64,000 bases of DNA, from assembly GCA_973895155.1 (NCBI GenBank), contig OZ316894.1, positions 5,418,944-5,482,943 on the forward strand, given 5' to 3'. The notes beneath the pieces are model-generated. The model made no database searches. It saw only the letters and a program-made list of their open reading frames with translations, and was not told the DNA's origin. The translations under genes were made by a program, and so were the position numbers. Origin of the DNA: Marsupella aquatica (Eukaryota; Plantae; Marchantiophyta). Shown one piece after another: positions 39,569 to 49,429 of the stretch. Each line of letters opens with the position of its first letter. The stretch's first letter is position 1.

Positions 39569-41281
39569 TGTAATGGTGATGTTGTTGCTCACCACCAACC
39601 CATGCGTCTTTAAGTGCAAAACCGAATGGCAAGACATCACGGCAACCAAGGGCTTGACGGGGAGTTGAGTGGTGGACCTAGCCACCCAGCGCCCTCACCA
39701 ATCCGAGCATTCACGCCTAAGTGCCCCTGGTGCCCGAACGCCTCCACGGAATACTTTGAGCAAGCACCCTAGTGCCTCTTGCACCGCCAGCGGCCCCTCC
39801 CATACGAAGCTGCACTTGCTCTCCAACACGACCGCTACTCAACGGTCCTCACTGTCTGCACAAGCAATCAAGCACCTCGGTAAGTAACCCTTCAAAATCT
39901 AGAACTTGCCAAGTCTAGCCGAGAGTCTAGCATCCTAACTCAAGCTCAACAGACATTGGTAAATAGGTCAATGATAGGTCCTCCCGATGCCATAAGCCAG
40001 AACCAGAACCCACGCCCATTGTTCATCCAGAATAGCTCCTTCCTTGGGCGCGGCCCGAGTTCCCCCTTGTACCTATCCATCACCAACTGACCGCCCTGAC
40101 CCCAGGACATGCTCATGGTGCAAGTAGTGTCGCTTGTCCTAAAGCTTGTCCCAACACGTCGGGACCCGAATGGCCCCGACTCTAGCAAACAACTCCCGAT
40201 TTGCCTTACTGATGGTCTAGGGACCGAACACACTTGGAACTCAACCTCCACACCTACTTGGCCTTGCCTCCCCAACGCAAGCTCCCTTGGGAGACTGAAC
40301 GCGGCTTGGCTACTGTTCGGCAAGATTTGGCAAGCGGGCAAGTTAACATCCACAAATCCCAAGAACCCATGGTGCCCCGGACCCAGATGAGCTCTCCAAC
40401 GCACCCAAGAAGTCCTCCAATGGACTTCCCGTTGGGAAGATATTGCCATTTCCGTTTGGCAGTTTCCCTTAGTGTCGCGACCGCCGTGGCTCATGACTTC
40501 GGCTCGCCCTTAGCCCCCAGGGAGACACCACTCCCCTCGTATATGCTTCTGGAGACCTGCCACCCTCGGACCAGTTTTGGTCCCTAAACATTTGGCCTCC
40601 AACCCGGATCCTATCATGCATAATGGGCACGCCACCAATTGGCAACGCCCATAACTTTCTCGTTAGGCTTCCGCAAGCGGAGTGCCTTAGTTAGCCCGTT
40701 GTGATCGGGCCGACCCACTGCTCATGCCTAGGTCCTCAGGTCTCATCGCTGCTTGGGGCCCCTGATCGGCCCAACCCGGATCGGGCCATAACTTGCGCCC
40801 CAAGCGTCCATTGCCCATGGCGTCAACTCCATGGGCCTTGGGCCCAAGAGGAGCTCACACTCAAGCCCTCAGAACTCAAAGTCCATCCAGAGGTCCAGAC
40901 GATCGTCCTTGAGCCCGGCCCATTTCCTCTTGACCCTACCAGCTCTCAACTAGTCCAAGTCCTTAGTGTGTGTCACCAGCTTGGCTCCTTGCCTTCGCTA
41001 GCGCCACGTCTCGTTGCCCACAAGTCTCCCCATGCTAAGTCCTTCCCGAATGGCCTATCCGGGCCTGGACCATAAGGGAGCTCGGCGTCGGAGTCAGCGA
41101 CGCCGGAGCTAAGTGTTAAGGTAGCCGAGTTCCGCAACTAGTTGGAATCAAGGCAAGGAGTTGAGTTAGGGTTGGGGATGGCTCACTTCACACACTGTCC
41201 AAGTTGGGTGCGCCTGGACCCAAAACCCACGGGTGGTCTCACGGTGGTCCCTCTCAGCTAGTCGTGAGGGCACTCCAAGAG

Positions 41282-41457
41282 TGTCGTGACATATAGTATC
41301 ATAGCCATAGTGTATCGAAAACATACAAGTCACCGGTAATGCATATGTGCAAGCTGCTAGCAACCAACATGCATAGAAAAAGTCCAATCACATTCCCAAG
41401 TGCCAAGAAAAAGCAATTGAGGTGGTATGTACATAGTGGAGGTGTAAACCTCTGTAT
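41282..41457 (-). repeat. Terminal repeat segment A (3'-terminal copy)
   Basis: Direct repeat of 41819-41988 (about 7 substitutions and 2 small indels counted by eye). Confidence 0.92.
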
Positions 41458-41816
41458 ATAAAAGGCGTAAGAGAAACAATTGTACTGAAATTGAATCAAA
41501 AACCGGCAGGATGCCAAGATCGGTCGGGAGCATCTAACGAATCACTGTGTGAATCCCGTGTACGGAACCGACGAGCACTATCTGAGCTCTGCCAACAGCA
41601 ATTCAAGAAGAACTGAAAACCAACAAAGAGAAACACACCCTAAGTAGATCAAGTCAAGGCGTCACACTAGCAAGCACGTTTTGCTTCAAGAACGGCCTAG
41701 ACTTGCTACAAGAACATGACACTAACTCAAGTAGTACACTAGCCCTAACTACATACCTAGCGGGCATGCGAGGGACATGCCGATGTGCACAAGCGGCACT
41801 ATCCCTCGGCATGACA
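41458..41816 (-). repeat. Terminal repeat segment B (internal copy, 359 bp)
   Basis: Direct repeat of 50933-51291 (about 9 substitutions by eye, all transitions). Confidence 0.93.
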
Positions 41817-41818
41817 GT

Positions 41819-41988
41819 TGTCGTGACAATATAGTATCGTAGCCATAGTGTATCAAAAACATACAAGTCACCGGCAATGCATATGTGCAAGCTGCTAGCA
41901 ACCAACATGCATAGAAAAAGTCCAATCACATTCCCAAGAAAAAGCAACTGAGATGGTATGTACGTAGTGGAGGTCTAAACCTCTGTAT
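41819..41988 (-). repeat. Terminal repeat segment A' (directly after the PPT in sense orientation)
   Basis: Repeat of 41282-41457, separated from B by the 2-bp spacer gt (41817-41818). Confidence 0.92.
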
Positions 41989-41996
41989 CCCCCCCC
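41989..41996 (-). other. Putative polypurine tract (G8)
   Basis: C8 on the plus strand abutting the first base of A' in sense orientation, ~30 nt after the PHD stop codon. Confidence 0.7.
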
Positions 41997-42028
41997 AGAC
42001 CACAGTCACAAGGAGGGCTGAGGAAAAG

Positions 42029-42181
42029 TCAGGTGGCATGTGGAGCACAGGAACGGCAAAACCATAACTCTTCTAGCACCTGGTTAAGTTCAGGCCGCAG
42101 GCAGAAAAGATGGTACCCTCCATTGCAATTATCACATAGCAACATCTGGTCAGCATCGTCAATTTGCAAACACACTTTTCA
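42029..42181 (-). pseudogene. PHD zinc finger at the C-terminus of the element integrase
   Basis: [C>stop]KVCLQIDDADQMLLCDNCNGGYHLFCLRPELNQVLEELWFCRSC = C4HC3 pattern, in frame with integrase ORF 42179-42943. Confidence 0.9.
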
Positions 42182-43280
42182 AGGGTAGTCCACAGGTGGA
42201 ATCCAGGTAGAAGTCACAATGGTGGGATCCAGGTTAGGCAGATGACAAGGGGCGCAATTCTTGGCATTGTCAGCAATTGTGCGCCCATCTGCCCCTTGTA
42301 ACTCTAGCACTCCAGACGGTCGAATAGCTTTAACCCTGAGAATAGTACGACTGGTAGAGGTGTCCAGGGTGTCGTTAGCTTGCCGCTGCAAGTACACAAA
42401 ATCTCCCACATCAAACTTCCTGACCTTGGGCTGAAAAGTGCCCCCCTCGTGTGTGTGCATAACGCAGTGTGTCCCTATGTTGTGCAATGGCCAAATTCTC
42501 CATGGCCATGGGCATAACCCTCCTGAATAGGCAGCCCTCTCAGAGATCACATCAGACCAAGTCACAGCTGAATCCAAGTCCACCACCTGAAGCATGTGAG
42601 CAGCAATAGCAGAAGGTGGAATTGGGTGAAGACCAAACAACAAGAAGTAGGGAGAAAAGTTAGACAATAATGCATGTCTAGACATCCTATACCCCATGGC
42701 AATGTAGGGTAAGGCCAGGTCCCAATCCTCCTTGTTTTTGGTGAGACAAATCTTCTGGAGACCTTTCTTGCATGTCTGAACCTTGCGCTCTGCCAAGCCA
42801 TCTGCCTGTGGGTGATCTCGTGATGTCCGGCGATGATCAATGAGGGCCTGATCAAGCAGCTCTTGGAACTCTCCTCTAAACTCTAAGCCCTGGTCAGTGA
42901 GACATTCTGCACAAGCTCCAAAGCGGCTGAGAACTTGTTGCAAGAATGCCTAGCTGGTGCTACGAGAGGTCTTATCCGGCAATGCCACAAGTTCTATCCA
43001 CTTGGAGAAATGCTCTATCATGATCATGATGTAGAGATTACCCCGAGACGTGAGGGGTAATTCTCCAACCAAATCACATGACCAGCGATAAAACATGCCC
43101 TGAATAGGGAGTGGATGAAGTGTGGGTTGCCAAGATGTGAAAGAAATCCTCACCCTATCACACTATTTACACCGGGCAATAACATCTCGAACCTGGCCAT
43201 GCATGCCTCTCCAATGATAATGAGGGACCAAAAGGCCGTAAGTCCTCTTAACGCCAAATGACCAAGCTCAGAATGTACCT
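42182..43280 (-). pseudogene. Gypsy DDE integrase (rve), interrupted by a stop and frameshifts
   Basis: VHSELGH.. HHCC region, WSCDLVGELP..IEHFSKW, LTDQGLEF, HPQADGLAER, SPYFLLFG, FDVGDFVYL. Confidence 0.9.
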
Positions 43281-45093
43281 TACGGATAAGGCCAACCCCC
43301 TCATGAATGGGTGGAACCACCACTTCCCTGTCTGGCAAGCAGCGCATGAGATGATTTCCCTTCCACAAGTAACGCTTGGACCTTTGCTGAATTTGGTCTC
43401 TCTGGGTTGCAGTAACATGTATGGGGTACTCCCCATGCTGCAAAAATCTCAGAGTGTCGTTGTCCTCCCATATGTCCACCACAGGTTGGTCAACAATGTA
43501 GCATGGCAGCAAAGCAAGATAGGTAGATGCATGAAATGTAGGCAGGATGGAAACCTGGTCAAAATCCTGCCGTGCATCTGAGGAATCATCGGAGGCAATC
43601 AAAGGGCTGCGGGACGTAGTGTTAGCATTTTGATGTGTCACACCAGGCCTATGAATTACCTCAAAATCATACTCCTGGAGTATGAGCGCCCCACGAGCAA
43701 GCTTGCCAGTAAGCTTGTCGTTGGTCATCAACCACTTCAAGGGCTGGTGGTCGGTGTAGAGGACAAACCTGGTCCCATAGAGGTAGGGCCTATAATGTAT
43801 GACAGCCCACACAACAACAAGGCATTCACCCTCATACGAAGAATAATGACTCTCTGCCTGATTGTTGCTCCTGGATGCATAGGCAATGACGTACTTTTTA
43901 CCTTCCTCATCATGCTGGCCCAGAATGGCACCAATCCCAAGGGCACTCCAATCTGTGTGTAGCACAAAGACCTTGCTGAAATCAGGTCTTCTCAGCACCG
44001 GGTATTCTGAGAGCTTCTCCTTCAAAGTGGCAAGTGCTGCCTCAGCATTTGTACTCCATGTCCAAGTCACATTCTTTTTCAACAAAGCATACAATGGGTG
44101 TGCAATGGTGCTAAAATCTTTGATGTAGATCCGGTAGTAATTGCACAACCCAATAAAACTCCTCAAAGTGTGAACATCGGTAGGAGTGGGCATTTCCAAG
44201 ATGGATACCACCTTGGCCCAGTGAGCCATGGTTCCATTTGGAAGAATGCGGTGCCCAAGGTATACTACTGATCTAACAGCAAATTCACACTTCTTGGGGT
44301 GTATCTTTAGGTTCACCTTCTTAAGCATCATGAATAGCTCCTCGAGGTCAAGTAGATGCTGGTCAAATCCTTTGTTGTGGACCAACACATCATCAATGTA
44401 GCATTTCAGAAACTCAGCTCCTTGAAGAACCTGGTCCATGACTCTTTGAAAGAATATGGGCGCATTCTTCAAGCCAAATGGCATCACCAACCACTCCCAT
44501 AGTTGGTTACTACCATGGAAAGTTGTTTTCTTGCGGTCCTTTGCAAGCAGCAAAATCTGGTTAAAGCCTTGCCTTAGATCCACAAGAGTGAAGATGTCTG
44601 AGTTTCCAATCCTGTCAAATAGCTCCTTTGGCCGTGGCATGGGGTACCTGTCCTGGGGTGTGACCAGGTTCAGTGGCCTGTAGTCCCTACACATGCGCTT
44701 CTCTGTCCACAATCCACTCGAATCCTTCTTTGCTGGCATCACTATAGCTGCTGCAAAATCTGATGTAGATGGCTGAATAAGACCAGCTTCATATAACTCT
44801 TGGCACCTCTCATCCACCAGCTGCCACTCATGCTTACTCAAACGATGTCTCCGCCTGAAGATAGGTGTTTCATCAGCCAACTCAATGGAGAACTGCATGG
44901 TCTTGCACTTACCCAAGTCCTTCATAGAGAAAGCAAACACGTTCTCATGCTTGAGGAGCAAATTCAGCAGCTGGTCCTTCTGTCTTTTACTCAGGTGGTT
45001 GCCCATGATGAATGTGTAGTTGGCAACACTAGGAATAGGACCTGATGTACTCGTGCTTGAAGAGCCAGAAGTGCTAGCCTCTCCACTGTCCAA
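43150..45093 (-). CDS. Gypsy reverse transcriptase + RNase H (part of decayed polyprotein)
   Basis: RMCRDYRPLN, DLRQGFNQI, VMPFGLKNAP, YIDDVLV, LRSFIGLCNYYR, LHTDWS, YEGECL, YTDHQPL. Confidence 0.95.
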   Translation of the reverse strand: MDSGEASTSGSSSTSTSGPIPSVANYTFIMGNHLSKRQKDQLLNLLLKHENVFAFSMKDLGKCKTMQFSIELADETPIFRRRHRLSKHEWQLVDERCQELYEAGLIQPSTSDFAAAIVMPAKKDSSGLWTEKRMCRDYRPLNLVTPQDRYPMPRPKELFDRIGNSDIFTLVDLRQGFNQILLLAKDRKKTTFHGSNQLWEWLVMPFGLKNAPIFFQRVMDQVLQGAEFLKCYIDDVLVHNKGFDQHLLDLEELFMMLKKVNLKIHPKKCEFAVRSVVYLGHRILPNGTMAHWAKVVSILEMPTPTDVHTLRSFIGLCNYYRIYIKDFSTIAHPLYALLKKNVTWTWSTNAEAALATLKEKLSEYPVLRRPDFSKVFVLHTDWSALGIGAILGQHDEEGKKYVIAYASRSNNQAESHYSSYEGECLVVVWAVIHYRPYLYGTRFVLYTDHQPLKWLMTNDKLTGKLARGALILQEYDFEVIHRPGVTHQNANTTSRSPLIASDDSSDARQDFDQVSILPTFHASTYLALLPCYIVDQPVVDIWEDNDTLRFLQHGEYPIHVTATQRDQIQQRSKRYLWKGNHLMRCLPDREVVVPPIHEGVGLIRKVHSELGHLALRGLTAFWSLIIIGEACMARFEMLLPGVNSVIG

Positions 45094-45308
45094 GCTGCTA
45101 GCATGCTACTGATAAGGTGATGAGGCCTCTCCAAGGCCTGTTGTATCTGTTGCTCTGGTCTGATCCACACCATGAAACTCAGAAATAATATCAGCCACGT
45201 TACAAGGGACCTCCTCCCCCCCAACACTTGGACTGAAGCGGTGAGTGTTGAATAGAGGTAAGTGCACTTGGTCTGGATGCCATGTAGCAGCACCATGGAG
45301 TGGTAGGG

Positions 45309-46649
45309 CTAAACTCCTGATGCTGGATGAATGTACATCTGAAAAAGGATGCAAGTGACCAGAAGCCAAGTGAGAGCATTAAGATCCATTACCCTGCCAA
45401 GTAAAGCATTCCTGGCCAGCTTGGTGATTTTGGTGTGGCATGTAGTACCGGGTTGGAAGCCCATAGCCCGTTCTCTCTCCTCAGGACTAGGTTCATCCCA
45501 TGTACCGGTAGAATATCGGTAAACCAGGCCAAGACCATCACCCTGAAAAGCATGTGCACCTGGAAAGGACACAAATGTAGGCCAAGCAGCACGGGGCTGT
45601 CCAATGGTATAATTGGCTGGATACCAAGGTGCTGGCTCTTGCCGTGTAACTGGTTGGCAAGAACTGTCAAGATCCAAAATCTGGTCCACTGTGAGGTTAG
45701 TGTCCCTGGATGTGTGGTGAAGAGCTAACTCCAACAAGGAAGGTGGTGCAAGGTTAGTCCAAAAGTTACAAAGACAATGTGCATAAGAACCACAGTGCAC
45801 TGCATCAATGAGAAGGGGTGGTCCCAAGTAGTGTTGGACCACACTGAAATCCTCTTTGACCTGTGGACGCTGGTCAAACTGAGATGGAGTATTCTCAATG
45901 ATATAACCAACAACAGGATAAAGGGATTGAGCCCAGGTGAAAATCTGAACCAATGCTGTGAAAAGGCCAGAACGAGAATCATGCAGTCCAGCACCGTGAC
46001 CAACAGCTGAAAACCCTTGGCATTCCCAACCAGCTATGATCAAATCAAGGGAGCCAAGAAGGGTTAAGTGCCGGTGCTGGACAAGCTGGATATCTGGAGG
46101 GAAGAAAGAAAATGCAGACTTCCATGCACTGTGTGGAAACTGCTGGGGAAATCGCTCTGAAAATTCCAGCAGACGGGATTCAGCCACTTGCCTTGCACCT
46201 GGATCAATGTCCACGTAGATGTACTGCTTCACCACCATGCCAGACTGTAGGAGAGCTTCCAGGCCTGTAGAAATGCCACCAAAAAGCTCAAGCAATGTAA
46301 GGCCATCCGGAGCAGGAGTCCATGTAACTGGTGCGCTCAAGATTGGGGCTATTGGCTGTCCATTGTGCTGCCCAAGGTCTTCAAACTTGCGCAATGCAGC
46401 CACCAAAGGTCCATGGGCTGCTTGGAGCCGTTGTACCACCTCTGGTTGATGATCCACGTTGCTGGAAAGTGCTGCTATACGTGCAGCAGCATGTGCAGCA
46501 GCATGTGCAGCAGCCACCTCATCGTCATCCTCCTCAATCCAATCTTGCAATGGGTGGTTGACATAGGTAGTTGTGTGCACTGCTTTCAACACACAGTGGT
46601 GAGCCATAGGTGTATGGGCACCATGCAAATCAAGTGGAATGTATCCCAA
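45309..46649 (-). CDS. DNMT3-like C5 cytosine DNA methyltransferase domain inside the retrotransposon polyprotein (between protease and RT)
   Basis: Motif I LELFGGIS, II YVDID, III DIQ, IV IAGWECQGFS, V DSRSGLF, VI IIENT, VIII IDA..AHCLCNFWTNL, IX EERERAMGF, X ARNALLGRVMD. Same frame as the protease ORF, separated only by one TGA. Confidence 0.88.
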   Translation of the reverse strand: MGYIPLDLHGAHTPMAHHCVLKAVHTTTYVNHPLQDWIEEDDDEVAAAHAAAHAAARIAALSSNVDHQPEVVQRLQAAHGPLVAALRKFEDLGQHNGQPIAPILSAPVTWTPAPDGLTLLELFGGISTGLEALLQSGMVVKQYIYVDIDPGARQVAESRLLEFSERFPQQFPHSAWKSAFSFFPPDIQLVQHRHLTLLGSLDLIIAGWECQGFSAVGHGAGLHDSRSGLFTALVQIFTWAQSLYPVVGYIIENTPSQFDQRPQVKEDFSVVQHYLGPPLLIDAVHCGSYAHCLCNFWTNLAPPSLLELALHHTSRDTNLTVDQILDLDSSCQPVTRQEPAPWYPANYTIGQPRAAWPTFVSFPGAHAFQGDGLGLVYRYSTGTWDEPSPEERERAMGFQPGTTCHTKITKLARNALLGRVMDLNALTWLLVTCILFQMYIHPASGV

Positions 46650-46667
46650 GTGTGAGCCATCAGTATG

Positions 46668-47786
46668 TCAATCAACTCTGTAGTATGCATGCTCATGCCA
46701 GTTGTCAATGGTAAAACCTGGTGGGAACAAAGCCTCCTGGCCAATGAGCACATCATACGTAGTGGCATTGGTAACCAAACATCTGACTGGGAAATGCAGT
46801 TCCTGAATTGTACCTCCATTAAAAGTGAGAGTGAGTAAAGTAGAACTCTCACCCAACACATCCTCCACAGTGCCACTAGCAGTCCGAATATGCCACCTGG
46901 ATTGCTGTAAATGATTAGTCAGCAGTCCCATCTTCTTGGCGGCAAACTGAATGCCCAATATCACTGGTTGAGCACCTGTGTCTAGCATGACCATCTGAGG
47001 AGTGTGACCCTCCAACTTGACCGTTGAATTCCTATTGTCAACAATGGCAATGGTGGTGGAAACTAAAGTCCTGTCACTAGGCACCACTTTTGGCAAATGA
47101 TGAGGTACCTTGTGAAGGGAGTTAATGTCCACGGTCTTCCCACTCAACAGCATAGCCAAGAAAGATGGACCAACATGACCAGAATCCAGTGTAGCTCTAG
47201 TCACACAATCTGCAGCAATACTGTCATCTCTACCACTGGAAATTGGTACTGGGATAACCAAACCAGTGGAAGCATGTAATGGAGAAGAAGAAGGTCCAAT
47301 ATGTACATGAGATTGGACCTCCAAAACCGCTGTCACAGGGGCTGATGAAAAATGCAGTGAGCCCTCTAGCGCTCTGATGACAGCTCTAGCATCCAACTGT
47401 AAATCATGGCAACTGAAAAGTGGAGTTGTAAGAATCCTTTGTGCCATACCAGAGGTGACATGCTCAAGCAGCTTAGGAGAAACAACTCCCTGTGAAATGT
47501 CAGCAGCACCTGGTGGTGGAATGGATATAGCTGCAACTCCCTCCCCCCTCGCCAACAAGGTGCGCTCTTCAGCGAGTGTGAGTGGCTGAAAAGATTGGGG
47601 CATGATAGCCCGAGCTCCCCTGGCTCTAGTCATAGGACCGGCAGCAAGACCATCAGCCTGTACAATTCGACGTGTGGGAGAAATACGGAAGGCAGCACTG
47701 GAAGTTGGTAAGCAAAATAGGAAGGGCAGAATGAATCTGAAAATTCTGTTGTAAGGCCAGGCTGTGTAGCAGAGGACAACACACAT
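46668..47786 (-). CDS. Retrotransposon aspartic protease region
   Basis: VMLDTGAQPVILG, IRTASG, YDVLIGQEAL. Confidence 0.85.
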   Translation of the reverse strand: MCVVLCYTAWPYNRIFRFILPFLFCLPTSSAAFRISPTRRIVQADGLAAGPMTRARGARAIMPQSFQPLTLAEERTLLARGEGVAAISIPPPGAADISQGVVSPKLLEHVTSGMAQRILTTPLFSCHDLQLDARAVIRALEGSLHFSSAPVTAVLEVQSHVHIGPSSSPLHASTGLVIPVPISSGRDDSIAADCVTRATLDSGHVGPSFLAMLLSGKTVDINSLHKVPHHLPKVVPSDRTLVSTTIAIVDNRNSTVKLEGHTPQMVMLDTGAQPVILGIQFAAKKMGLLTNHLQQSRWHIRTASGTVEDVLGESSTLLTLTFNGGTIQELHFPVRCLVTNATTYDVLIGQEALFPPGFTIDNWHEHAYYRVD

Positions 47787-47899
47787 TCACCCATATGAGC
47801 ATCAAATGGCAAGCCATAGAAAGAGCGGGGTAGAGGTGCTGAACTATCAGTGATGCCTGGGCCAAGGATCGATTGCATGTGACCAACCGATTGAGAAGG

Positions 47900-49429
47900 A
47901 CCAGCAGAGGCAGGTGACTTGCCTTTGATGTTGGCAAGTTGGGCACGTAGGGACTCAACCTCATGAGTCAGAGACTGGAGTTGAGTTGCTTGTGCGTTGT
48001 GAGCCTCCTTCTGAGCTGGTTGCTTCTGTGGCTGCTTGGGCGATTTGGTGGCACCGGGTGCTTTACCACTGGAAGGAGGAGCAACTGAGGTAATAGGAGC
48101 CCTCCTAGCTGGTGGGGGAGTGGAAGTAGGAGCAGGATGAGGGGTCTGCTGTCATAGCTGCTTCCTCTCTGGGAATTTGGCAAAACAAACTGCCTCCAAG
48201 TGGCCCACTTTCCCGCAAAAATCACAAGACAGGTCCTCAGTAACAATATCACATTCATTAGCCTTGTGATTGGGGTTACCACAGTAGTTGCAAGATGGCA
48301 ACATGAAAGCAGCATGGGCTGGCTTGGTCTTGGAACCATACTGTGGCACACGGGAAGGAGTGGCCAGTGTAGGGGCAGCAGCCTGGTACCTGGATCGCGA
48401 TGGACGCGCAATACTGGCCTCATAATGTGCATGGGCCAACTCAAGTTTCTCAGTAGTGTCATAGACATTGAGCAGGGTGTAGCTGTCTCCAAACTCTGAG
48501 AATACTTGCTGCAACACTTGCGAATGGAGAGCTGGTGTGCCCTCCAATGCGCAAAGATAGCGATGAGCAGCTTCCAAGTCAGTGATGCTCTGGTTGTCCT
48601 TCAGCTTGAGAAGTCGGTGATACATCATCTTCAATGTTTCATCCCGCTGCCTCACAAAGGTGGCCAACTGCATGATTTTGTCAGCACTCTTGATTGGGAA
48701 TTCCAATTCAAGAACCTAGAAAAACTCAGCCGCTGGATCAGCAAAGGCAGGAGAATCAATTGTGGGAGAAATGCCTGATGTAGCCTGTGCCAAGACAGTG
48801 GGAGTAACTGGCGTAGTGGCAGGAACTGGAGTAGGAGGGGAAGTAGCAGGAGCAGCAGCATGGGCTGCAATGGCATTATGTAATGCCAATTGTGAGGCAG
48901 CTATAATTGCACTAGCATAGGTAGGATTAGGCAATTATGTGACAGCAAGCAGCCGTTGAGAGTGCTGCTCATACACATCCAAAGCCTCATGGTGCACATA
49001 CCTGGCTAGCTGCTTAAATGCAAAAGCATTTGTGAAATTGCTACCGTACTTCAACTCCAATTCGTAAACGACAGTGTAGAAAGTGGATTTGAACTCACAC
49101 AAAGAAACAGTGCCTGGCCGCCCGTTGAAGCGCTCAATGCAGCCAGATGAGTGGCTAGCATCCATGCTGTATGTCGGTGAAGCTGGAACAACCACTGATG
49201 CAGAAGGGGTAAATGGCAAGGAAGTGATAGCAGGCTTCGGGGTAGTGGTGAAGCGACCGCCAAATTGAGCAGAAGGATTACATGGTGTGGGTGCTGATGC
49301 TGTCTGCGGACATTGTCAAAATTGCCGAGACTCCAATGAAATTGGCACCAAGGGTCGTGGATCACTCCGTAAGTGGTACCTGGGTGTTGGTGGCGATGAA
49401 CTGCTACCTCCTGGCTCGTCGGCTGACAT
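47900..49429 (-). pseudogene. Gag of the DNMT-gypsy element (probable ATG at 49429), broken by stops and frameshifts
   Basis: MSADEPG.. in frame with IERFNGRPG..; QRDETLKMMYHRL; two CCHC knuckles CNYCGNPNHKANEC and CDFCGKVGHLEAVC. Confidence 0.8.

Noticed and set aside
39946-41075. ORFs within the GC-richer block flanking the DNMT-gypsy
   Set aside because: No domain motifs; consistent with non-coding LTR-like sequence.
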